Of a DNA stretch of 59,486 nt, positions 1 to 7,106 are shown piece after piece (the stretch's first letter is position 1; each line of letters starts with the position of its first letter). Source of the stretch: Candidatus Poseidoniales archaeon (GTDB lineage: Archaea > Thermoplasmatota > Poseidoniia > Poseidoniales > Poseidoniaceae); assembly GCA_003602535.1 (NCBI GenBank), contig QQSA01000075.1:3853-63338 (forward strand), written 5' to 3'. A model generated the notes under the pieces. The model searched no databases. It saw only the letters and a program-made list of their open reading frames with translations, and was not told the DNA's origin. The position numbers and the translations under genes are program-made.

Positions 1-1
1 T

Positions 2-409
2 ATGGTAGAGCGTGAGCAAGTCGACTTAACTAAGAATTTTCTTCTTTCATTGATGGAAGAACAACTTGATATTCAACAACATGTAATGGTTGATGTTTCC
101 AATAAACCAATCGTTCACAACGGTGACACATTGCGCCATATGGCTGCAAGGATCGTCGAAGAAGCTACTACTGTTTCTCCCAAAGGATTAGCAGAAGATG
201 TTTTGTCTCGTGCAGGGATTGATAACCATCTGCCTGCGGAACCTCAAATTAAATCCGGTCATCTAAAGCACGTCGGAAAGAGGGCTAAAAAAATAGCCAG
301 AAACGAAAGGAAAGTCAAGACAAGGCGTGCAGTTAGAAGGGCCCGCTCACGGCCTGCTGTTGGTAGAGAATTCGCTCCAAGGAAACGAGCAAGAAAAATT
401 GCTCGTTGA
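2..409 (+). CDS. hypothetical protein, possibly truncated at the window edge; Lys/Arg-rich C-terminal tail
   Basis: The ORF starts at the window edge. Its C-terminus is strongly basic (KRAKKIARNERKVKTRRAVRRARSR...RKRARKIAR). No family recognised. Confidence 0.35.
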   Translation: MVEREQVDLTKNFLLSLMEEQLDIQQHVMVDVSNKPIVHNGDTLRHMAARIVEEATTVSPKGLAEDVLSRAGIDNHLPAEPQIKSGHLKHVGKRAKKIARNERKVKTRRAVRRARSRPAVGREFAPRKRARKIAR

Positions 410-459
410 AACCGAACACAAAAAAGCAAAACCATCCCCGCCTTACACAGTGATGTGTT

Positions 460-1653
460 ATGGACATAGCAAATCCTAGCGATGAGCACCAAATGCTACG
501 TGAAATGGTTCGCGATTTCGTCACTGAAAACGTAGAACCTCAAGCATTAGAATATGACCGTGATGAAAAATTCAATTTGGAACTCTTAAGATCTCTAGGT
601 GATTTAGGTCTACTTGGAATTACAGCAAGTGAAGAGTACGGAGGTGCTGGTTTGGATGCAGTAGCTACCGTAATCGTTCATGAAGAACTTTCTGCAAGCG
701 ATCCAGGATTTGCTCTTGCTTACCTAGCACATTCTATGTTATTTGTAAATAATCTTGAATTCAATGGGAATGATTCACAACGTGCTCGAATTTTGCCTAA
801 AGTTTGCTCAGGAGAATGGATTGGCGCAATGGCAATGAGTGAACCAGATGCAGGAACTGATGTACTTGGACTGACAACTACTGCAGAATTACGAGATGAT
901 GGATCATGGGTAATAAATGGCCGTAAAATGTGGATTACAAACGGATGTCTCGATGATGATGGGACTCCCGCAGATGTTGTTTGGGTTTATGCGAAAACCG
1001 GGGTTGATGAAAGAGGGAAAGCACAAATTTCCACTTTCCTTGTCGAGAATGGACATGCAGGTTACAGCGTCGGTCAGAAAATAATGGATAAGACCGGAAT
1101 GAGGGCATCAAATACCGCTGAATTAGTGTTCGAGGATTGTGTTGTCCCTGGTGATAATTTGGTTGGAGAAGTTGGCGATTCCATGATTCATATGATGAGA
1201 AATCTCGAACTAGAGAGACTAACCCTTGCTGCTATGTCTTTGGGAATTGCAAGAAGGTCACTTCATGAGATGAACAAATATGCCACAGACCGGACAGCAT
1301 TCGGAAATCAGATCAGGAATTTTGGGCAGATGCAAAGATACATTGGAGAATCATGGGCAAAGTACAGGGCAATGCGCTCTTACATTTACGATACAGCCAA
1401 TAACATGGGTCTTGGAAATGCTGGTCAAAGACTTGACTCTGATGGAGTCAAACTATTCGCGACTACAGCAGCGAAGGAAATTGCTGATGCTGCTATACAA
1501 GTCATGGGTGGATACGGATATGTCGCAGAGTATGTAGTTGAAAGGTTGTGGAGAGATTCCAAACTTTTAGAAATTGGTGGCGGAACTATCGAGTCGCATC
1601 AAAAGAACATCACAAGGGATTTGTCAAAAACCCCTGAAGTGATTAACGATTAA
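460..1653 (+). CDS. acyl-CoA dehydrogenase (isovaleryl/short-branched-chain-like)
   Basis: 397 aa, a typical ACAD length. Motifs: GAMAMSEPDAGTDV, KMWITNG, and C-terminal LEIGGGTIESHQKNI matching the ACAD catalytic-Glu region. Confidence 0.9.
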   Translation: MDIANPSDEHQMLREMVRDFVTENVEPQALEYDRDEKFNLELLRSLGDLGLLGITASEEYGGAGLDAVATVIVHEELSASDPGFALAYLAHSMLFVNNLEFNGNDSQRARILPKVCSGEWIGAMAMSEPDAGTDVLGLTTTAELRDDGSWVINGRKMWITNGCLDDDGTPADVVWVYAKTGVDERGKAQISTFLVENGHAGYSVGQKIMDKTGMRASNTAELVFEDCVVPGDNLVGEVGDSMIHMMRNLELERLTLAAMSLGIARRSLHEMNKYATDRTAFGNQIRNFGQMQRYIGESWAKYRAMRSYIYDTANNMGLGNAGQRLDSDGVKLFATTAAKEIADAAIQVMGGYGYVAEYVVERLWRDSKLLEIGGGTIESHQKNITRDLSKTPEVIND

Positions 1654-1712
1654 TTTTGGTATTTGTACCGGAATCTAATAGTACTTAGCGATTAGTCGAT
1701 GTACTGATATTC

Positions 1713-2642
1713 ATGGACGCTGATACAAAAATCAAAGCTGGTTGGATAACATTTGCCGCAGCAGTTGTATTTACGATTTTGATTTTTGGTGTTATGGATC
1801 CTGATCAAGATGCAGTGGACAAGTGCGAAGATGAACTAGACGAAAATGGTGAATCTACTAGTCGTTGTCAAGATGTACTTGATGATGATGAGACATTAAA
1901 CGGCCTGATGGCTGTATTTTGCTGCATACCTACTGTAGGAGCCGCAGTATTATTGGGGCTTGGATATAATTCTAAAAACCAGATGACAACAACAATAATT
2001 CACGCACCTGCGCCGATTATACAAAATCCTGCATATATGATGCCAGCTCAGCCAACATATGCTCCTCCAGTTGTTCATCACCCGACACAATCTGAATTGG
2101 ATGCACAAATGAATATGCAGCGTATGCAAAATGTTGAGTTATTGCGTGCCGAAGGTCGTCTGATGGAAGCAGCATTGGAAGCAGAGCAAGCTGGTGAGTA
2201 TTCTTTGGCGGGTGAACTACGATCACTTGCTGAACAACAACTCAGAGATAGTCACGCTCCCAAATCGAATAATGAAGATGTGTATCTAGCATTTTTGACT
2301 ACTGCATTAGCTGATGGTTTCTTGTCAAAAGAAGAAGAAAACCTTCTCGAAGTGCAGAGGAATAAATTGGGTGTTAGTTGGGATGTTCACGTTAGTATGT
2401 TGGCGACAGCAGGTTATTCTCATGAAAAGCTGAAGTTGTTGCAAAATGCAAAAACTATGGAAGACAGTGGCCGTTTCCTTGAATCGGCAACTTTGTATGA
2501 ATCTGCAGGCAACTTGGATAAAGCCCAGATGCTACGAATGAAAGCTTCAATGTTAGATAACCAACCTTCTAGCGTGACATACAATATATCTGATTCAGCA
2601 GTTGGCGGTAATATTGGGTTGGGCAATGACAGCAACCAATGA
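1713..2642 (+). CDS. hypothetical membrane protein with TerB-like segment and helical hairpin motifs
   Basis: Two N-terminal hydrophobic helices are followed by a Pro-rich linker. Next comes an ADGxxSxxEExxL segment (ALADGFLSKEEENLLEVQRNKLG) and two A..(Y/A)E.AG..(L/Y)..A hairpin motifs. The stop overlaps the next start (ATGA). Confidence 0.55.
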   Translation: MDADTKIKAGWITFAAAVVFTILIFGVMDPDQDAVDKCEDELDENGESTSRCQDVLDDDETLNGLMAVFCCIPTVGAAVLLGLGYNSKNQMTTTIIHAPAPIIQNPAYMMPAQPTYAPPVVHHPTQSELDAQMNMQRMQNVELLRAEGRLMEAALEAEQAGEYSLAGELRSLAEQQLRDSHAPKSNNEDVYLAFLTTALADGFLSKEEENLLEVQRNKLGVSWDVHVSMLATAGYSHEKLKLLQNAKTMEDSGRFLESATLYESAGNLDKAQMLRMKASMLDNQPSSVTYNISDSAVGGNIGLGNDSNQ

Positions 2643-3337
2643 TACTAGGAATTAAAATACTTGATTTTTGTGCAAATTCCATGCAACATCCGAACAATCA
2701 ATTTGTTGATGAGTTGGTTCGGCAGTTGAGATATGTGACCGGAGTTCTTGTTGCACCTGGAATACCTCAAAAAAAATTAACCAATGCAATTACGAAGAAC
2801 AGTTATGTTGGAACAGATCCAGTTGTTGGGTTGATTGATTGTACAGTGTTTGGTTCTGCTAAAGATCATATTATGTTCACCGCTGGTGGAATTTATTGGA
2901 ATCATCTTGCATCGACCCCGACTTCGGGATCTATTAGATATACAGATTTTAGTCAATGTTACTTCAAATCTGCAGGACTAATGTCTGGTATTGATTCTAG
3001 TAGGGGTGATAATATCAGTACATCTGGATCTAACACTCCTAAAAAAGATGTAATAAATTTGCTGAATTCAATAAAAAATCTAGCAGCATCTCATGGAATT
3101 GGAACTGTTCAACAACAAAATATGCAAGTCAATAATTGGAATAGTCACTCATCAAATTCATATATCCAAGAGCAACCACAACCTAAGAGTAAATCAGAAC
3201 TTCTCGCATTAGCTCATAATATGAGCCAAGCAAAAAATTGGGATGCTGCAATTAAAGCGTATGAAGATGCAGGAGAATACCGAATGGCAGGACTAGTCCG
3301 TGATCAAAAAGCACAATGGAATCGCAATCACAATTGA
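2639..3337 (+). CDS. hypothetical protein sharing a C-terminal helical motif with the upstream gene
   Basis: ATGA start/stop overlap with the 1713-2642 gene. The C-terminal WDAAIKAYEDAGEYRMAGLVRD resembles the motifs in the upstream protein. An alternative start is at 2681. Confidence 0.5.
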   Translation: MILGIKILDFCANSMQHPNNQFVDELVRQLRYVTGVLVAPGIPQKKLTNAITKNSYVGTDPVVGLIDCTVFGSAKDHIMFTAGGIYWNHLASTPTSGSIRYTDFSQCYFKSAGLMSGIDSSRGDNISTSGSNTPKKDVINLLNSIKNLAASHGIGTVQQQNMQVNNWNSHSSNSYIQEQPQPKSKSELLALAHNMSQAKNWDAAIKAYEDAGEYRMAGLVRDQKAQWNRNHN

Positions 3338-3350
3338 TTGAATAATTGTT

Positions 3351-5474
3351 TCATGATTGTTGCCAATCAGTTCCATTCCACCATAATGTGGTTCCATTAT
3401 CCATGGATCTCCATGTATTGCCATTTTCATCAGTCCATTGTTGAACAACGGTAGGTTCAGCGACAGGTTCTGTGTATGGTATTGTCAAATCACTTTGTGG
3501 AATAGACACTTGAGCTTCAGTATGAGTTGCCTGGAATGGCTTGAACTGGCCCGGCATTAATTGCTGGTCGAAATTTTTAGCAGGTTCAATAATCGAATCA
3601 GTATTTTTTTGCCTGATAACAAATACCGCAACACCTGCAATCAACAGAAGCAAAATTATCGAGGTAATCAAGATCCAATTGCTACCTTCATCATCGTCTT
3701 CTTTCTCAGCAGCCGCTTTTTCTGCAGCGAGTTGTTCGTTATCGCCAACTCCATCTCCGTCACTATCTTTTGTTTCGTCTGGATCATCAGGGAATGCATC
3801 TGCGTTGTCACCAACAGTGTCGCCATCAGAATCCAATGTTTCATTTGCATCATTAGGGAATACATCTGCATTGTCTCCAACACCGTCCATATCGGAGTCT
3901 ACAGTTTCGTTTGGATCGTTAGGGAATACATCTGCATTGTCACCGACATTGTCGTCATCAGAGTCCATAGTTTCGTTTGGATCGTTAGGGAATGCATCAG
4001 AATTGTCTCCTACATTGTCACCATCAGAGTCTACAGTTTCGTTTGCATCATTAGGGAATGCATCTGCATTGTCTCCTACAGTGTCGCCATCAGAATCCAT
4101 TGTTTCGTTTGCATCGTTAGGGAATGCATCAGAGTTATCTCCAACTCCATCCATGTCGGAGTCTACAGTTTCGCTTGCATCGTTAGGGAATGCATCTGCG
4201 TTGTCACCAACAGTGTCGCCATCAGAATCCAATGTTTCATTTGCATCATTGGGGAATACATCTGCATTGTCTCCAACTCCGTCCATATCGGAGTCTACAG
4301 TTTCGCTTGAATCGTTAGGGAATGCGTCTGCATTATCACCAACAGTGTCGCCATCCGAATCCATTGTTTCATTTGCATCATTAGGGAATGCATCAGAATT
4401 GTCTCCGACATTGTCACCATCAGAATCCATTGTTTCTGTTGGGTCATTAGGGAATGCATCTGCATTGTCTCCGACAGTGTCGCCATCAGAATCCATTGTT
4501 TCTGTAGGATCATTAGGGAATGCATCTGCATTGTCACCGACATTGTCTCCATCAGAATCCATAGTCTCATTTGGATCATTAGGGAATGCATCTGCATTAT
4601 CTCCAACACCGTCTGAATCAGAATCAGTGTCCTCGTTAGGGTCGCTAGGGAATGCATCATCCCCATCTAATGTTCCATCACCATCGCTATCAATATCGAT
4701 AATATCTGCAGAATCAATACTTTCGACAGTAGCTCCAAATTCAGTACCGTCGTGAGGAGTTACCTTAACTGTCCATTCTTCACCAACTGATGTTGATGAT
4801 GAAGGAATTGTTGAAACATCATTGAAGGAGGATCTTACAACTCCATTAACGTACCATCGAATCTGAGTAGTTCCTTCAGGGTCACTATCATCATCAGAGT
4901 AGGTATATGATAGTGTCAAGGACTGGTCGACTTCTACATTTCCACTAGGTGTGATCATGACATTCGAGGCAACAGGAGGTGTATTTGTTGGGGGTGCTGC
5001 ACCTTCTGGTACAGTCCAAGAGTTGGTCCCCCAGTTGTCATTACTGTTCATATTGTTACCATTTGCATATAACACTGCTAAATCGAATGTAACATCTCCA
5101 GTTCCTACTGCAGGTGCAGTCCAATCAGCAGTCCATGAACGCTGACCATCATTACTATGTGTTAATTCGCCACTAGATGCCTTAACTCGATTTCCTAAAT
5201 TCGACCATGTTCCACTAGATGAATCAAGATTGAAACCACCTTGTCCACTGGATGACATTCCGCTACCTGACCACGTAAGTGAGTATGTGGTGCCAGGGGT
5301 ATATGATGATGGTAATCCATTCATCGTAGGCATGATCATTGCATCTGTATTGTGGCAGCCACAACCTGATGTAGTTGACCCAGTTTTTCCTGATGAATTA
5401 GCATCAGCAAGATTTAATCCCGAAACAGCGATTAACAAAATACTAATCAGAAATGCACGCAAAACAGGTGACAT
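3351..5474 (-). CDS. large type-I membrane surface protein: signal peptide, reeler-like domain, Ig-like domain, 14 thrombospondin type-3-like Ca-binding repeats, TM helix, 87-aa tail
   Basis: Signal peptide MSPVLRAFLISILLIAVSGLNLADA. The segment ELTHSNDGQRSWTADWTAPAVGTGDVTFDLAVLYANG is reeler-like. There are 14 tandem 22-aa units of the form DSDGDxVGDNADAFPNDxxET. TM helix WILITSIILLLLIAGVAVFVI is followed by RQK and a tail. Confidence 0.85.
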   Translation of the reverse strand: MSPVLRAFLISILLIAVSGLNLADANSSGKTGSTTSGCGCHNTDAMIMPTMNGLPSSYTPGTTYSLTWSGSGMSSSGQGGFNLDSSSGTWSNLGNRVKASSGELTHSNDGQRSWTADWTAPAVGTGDVTFDLAVLYANGNNMNSNDNWGTNSWTVPEGAAPPTNTPPVASNVMITPSGNVEVDQSLTLSYTYSDDDSDPEGTTQIRWYVNGVVRSSFNDVSTIPSSSTSVGEEWTVKVTPHDGTEFGATVESIDSADIIDIDSDGDGTLDGDDAFPSDPNEDTDSDSDGVGDNADAFPNDPNETMDSDGDNVGDNADAFPNDPTETMDSDGDTVGDNADAFPNDPTETMDSDGDNVGDNSDAFPNDANETMDSDGDTVGDNADAFPNDSSETVDSDMDGVGDNADVFPNDANETLDSDGDTVGDNADAFPNDASETVDSDMDGVGDNSDAFPNDANETMDSDGDTVGDNADAFPNDANETVDSDGDNVGDNSDAFPNDPNETMDSDDDNVGDNADVFPNDPNETVDSDMDGVGDNADVFPNDANETLDSDGDTVGDNADAFPDDPDETKDSDGDGVGDNEQLAAEKAAAEKEDDDEGSNWILITSIILLLLIAGVAVFVIRQKNTDSIIEPAKNFDQQLMPGQFKPFQATHTEAQVSIPQSDLTIPYTEPVAEPTVVQQWTDENGNTWRSMDNGTTLWWNGTDWQQS
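3739..4700 (-). repeat. in-frame tandem array of 66-bp units (14 full copies plus a partial one) encoding TSP3-like repeats
   Basis: Direct reading shows 66-bp periodicity. A block of about 130 bp starting at 3790 recurs nearly identically starting at 4186, an offset of 396 bp or 6 units. Confidence 0.9.
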
Positions 5475-5559
5475 AACTTCTCGTCACCAAAATTCTCTTT
5501 TCACTATTGTGGTACGCAGATTTAACAAAACACTAATCTGAACCAAAAATGATGGGGGA

Positions 5560-5632
5560 TAGTCCTGGTCGGAATCGAACCGACGTCCCCGGGACCAAAA
5601 CCCGAGATGATGGACCACTACACTACAGGACT
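5560..5632 (-). tRNA. tRNA-Gln (anticodon UUG), no encoded CCA
   Basis: The reverse complement reads AGTCCTG-TA-GTG..CAT-C-TCGGG-TTTTGGT-CCCGG-GGAC-GTCGG-TTCGATT-CCGAC-CAGGACT-A. It has a perfect 7-bp acceptor stem, a T-arm with a TTCGATT loop, and a 7-nt anticodon loop with TTG at positions 34-36. Confidence 0.9.
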
Positions 5633-5655
5633 GTGGTATTCGGGCCGTACCCAAT

Positions 5656-6105
5656 TCACTTCAAGTGCGTTTCGCCTATAACTTCTCTTGCAGAAGCGAT
5701 AAATTCAGACAAATCTAGGCCCTGTGAATCTTCGTAGATTCGGGCCATTAAGGCCATGTCTAACTTGTCCAGATACTTCACAAACTTAGCTTCAGGCGTG
5801 TTGCCAGCCTCATACTCCTCGAATAACGCCAACCATTGCGGAGCTAATCTTTCCATGGCAGCATGTTCATCTTCACTTTTGGTGCTTGTATCATCATGTG
5901 GTGTGAGGTCTCCGACTTCAACTTCAGGAAGGTCGTGGACCAAGCACATTTCCAAAACTCTCATTTTGTCAAGTTCATCTGGACACAAATGCATTGCTAG
6001 AATCGACATACCCCATGAATGGGCAGCAACACTCTCAGGAGATTCTACGCCAGCTCTTACCCAGCCAGTTCGCATTACATGCTTTAGGTGAAGCCATTCA
6101 CGCAT
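5656..6105 (-). CDS. HD-domain phosphohydrolase (YfbR-like 5'-deoxynucleotidase family)
   Basis: 149 aa. LKHVMRTGW...PESVAAHSW and LVHDLPEVEVGD match the H...HD...D metal-ligand pattern of HD hydrolases. Confidence 0.8.
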   Translation of the reverse strand: MREWLHLKHVMRTGWVRAGVESPESVAAHSWGMSILAMHLCPDELDKMRVLEMCLVHDLPEVEVGDLTPHDDTSTKSEDEHAAMERLAPQWLALFEEYEAGNTPEAKFVKYLDKLDMALMARIYEDSQGLDLSEFIASAREVIGETHLK

Positions 6106-6168
6106 ACAACCGGTAAGTCGACTTTACATTAGAACCATCTGCTGATATTTCATAGTTCGAAGCCAATT

Positions 6169-7050
6169 ATGATGAATGGGGAACTATTCGGGTTGGTTAT
6201 GAGCATCTCGAAAATGGCTGTTCTCGGCGCAGGGCAAATGGGAAATGGAATAACTCAAGTAGCAGCTTGCGCTGGAATTGAAGTTGTAATGATCGATATT
6301 AAACAGGAATTTGTTGATAAGGGAATTGCTACAATAGAAAAGTCTCTTGCCAAACTCGTTTCCAAAGAGAGAATGACTCAGATTGATGCAGATTCTGCAC
6401 GTGCAAGAATCACTACTGCAATTGATAGGTCGGCCTGCAGTGATGTTGACTTAGTTGTTGAAGCGGTCCCTGAAATCTTAGATCTCAAGATTTCAATATT
6501 TGCCGAACTTGATAATATTTGCAAACCTGAATGCATTCTTGCTTCTAACACTTCATCGATTTCAATAAACACGATTGCAGATTCTACCAGTAGACCGGAT
6601 AAGGTAATTGGAATGCATTTCATGAATCCTGTTCCTATCATGAAATTAGTTGAAGTCATAAATGGAAAGAATACTTCTGAAGATGTGACATCAACAGTTC
6701 TGGATGCAGCTGAAAAAATGGGTAAGATTCCTTTGATGTGTAATGATTCACCTGGTTTCGTTTCCAATAGAATTCTGTGTCCGATGATTAATGAAGCAAT
6801 TTTAACTCTTCAAGAAGGAGTAGCAGAACCTGAAGCAATTGATGGAATTATGAAACTAGGAATGAATCACCCTATCGGCCCATTAGCTCTTTCCGATCTT
6901 ATTGGTAACGATACAGTATTGCATATCATGAATGTACTCCACGAAGGTTTAGCAGATGACAAATATGCACCTGCTCCACTGCTAATAGAAATGGTTGAGG
7001 CTGGTAAACTAGGCCGAAAATCGGGTAAAGGTTTCTACGATTATTCATAG
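6169..7050 (+). CDS. hbd: 3-hydroxyacyl-CoA / 3-hydroxybutyryl-CoA dehydrogenase
   Basis: Rossmann motif [11 protein letters not shown]. Family motifs ASNTSS, GMHFMNP, GFVSNR and NHPIGPL are present. The true start may be the internal ATG at 6199 or 6214. Confidence 0.9.
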   Translation: MMNGELFGLVMSISKMAVLGAGQMGNGITQVAACAGIEVVMIDIKQEFVDKGIATIEKSLAKLVSKERMTQIDADSARARITTAIDRSACSDVDLVVEAVPEILDLKISIFAELDNICKPECILASNTSSISINTIADSTSRPDKVIGMHFMNPVPIMKLVEVINGKNTSEDVTSTVLDAAEKMGKIPLMCNDSPGFVSNRILCPMINEAILTLQEGVAEPEAIDGIMKLGMNHPIGPLALSDLIGNDTVLHIMNVLHEGLADDKYAPAPLLIEMVEAGKLGRKSGKGFYDYS

Positions 7051-7053
7051 AAC

Positions 7054-7059
7054 TTTTTT
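7054..7059 (+). terminator. oligo-T tract directly after the hbd stop (candidate archaeal terminator)
   Basis: A T6 run lies 4 nt after the TAG stop at 7048-7050. Confidence 0.3.
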
Positions 7060-7106
7060 GTGCAGTCTTGCCCAAGAGTTTAGTTGAGAAGCGCATTAGC
7101 GTGAAC

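Noticed and set aside
3739-4700. Regular 66-bp periodicity that could superficially suggest a CRISPR array
   Set aside because: There is no alternation of conserved repeats with unique spacers. The whole unit is conserved, is in frame, and lies inside a long ORF.
3541-4755. Long + strand ORFs (404 aa and 249 aa), plus a 123-aa minus-strand ORF in a different reading frame, all inside the TSP3 repeat region
   Set aside because: They mirror the 66-bp coding repeat and translate to low-complexity S/P/L or C/I/V strings. The minus-strand frame that gives the DxDxDG repeats has a signal peptide, a TM helix and recognisable domains.
5343-5369. SGCGCHNTD in the 707-aa protein as a possible heme c attachment site
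   Set aside because: The pattern is C-x-C-H, not the C-x-x-C-H required for c-type heme. It more likely belongs to the N-terminal beta-domain.
5549-5737. 62-aa + strand ORF
   Set aside because: It overlaps the tRNA-Gln gene and the 3' end of the HD hydrolase gene, and has no protein-like features.
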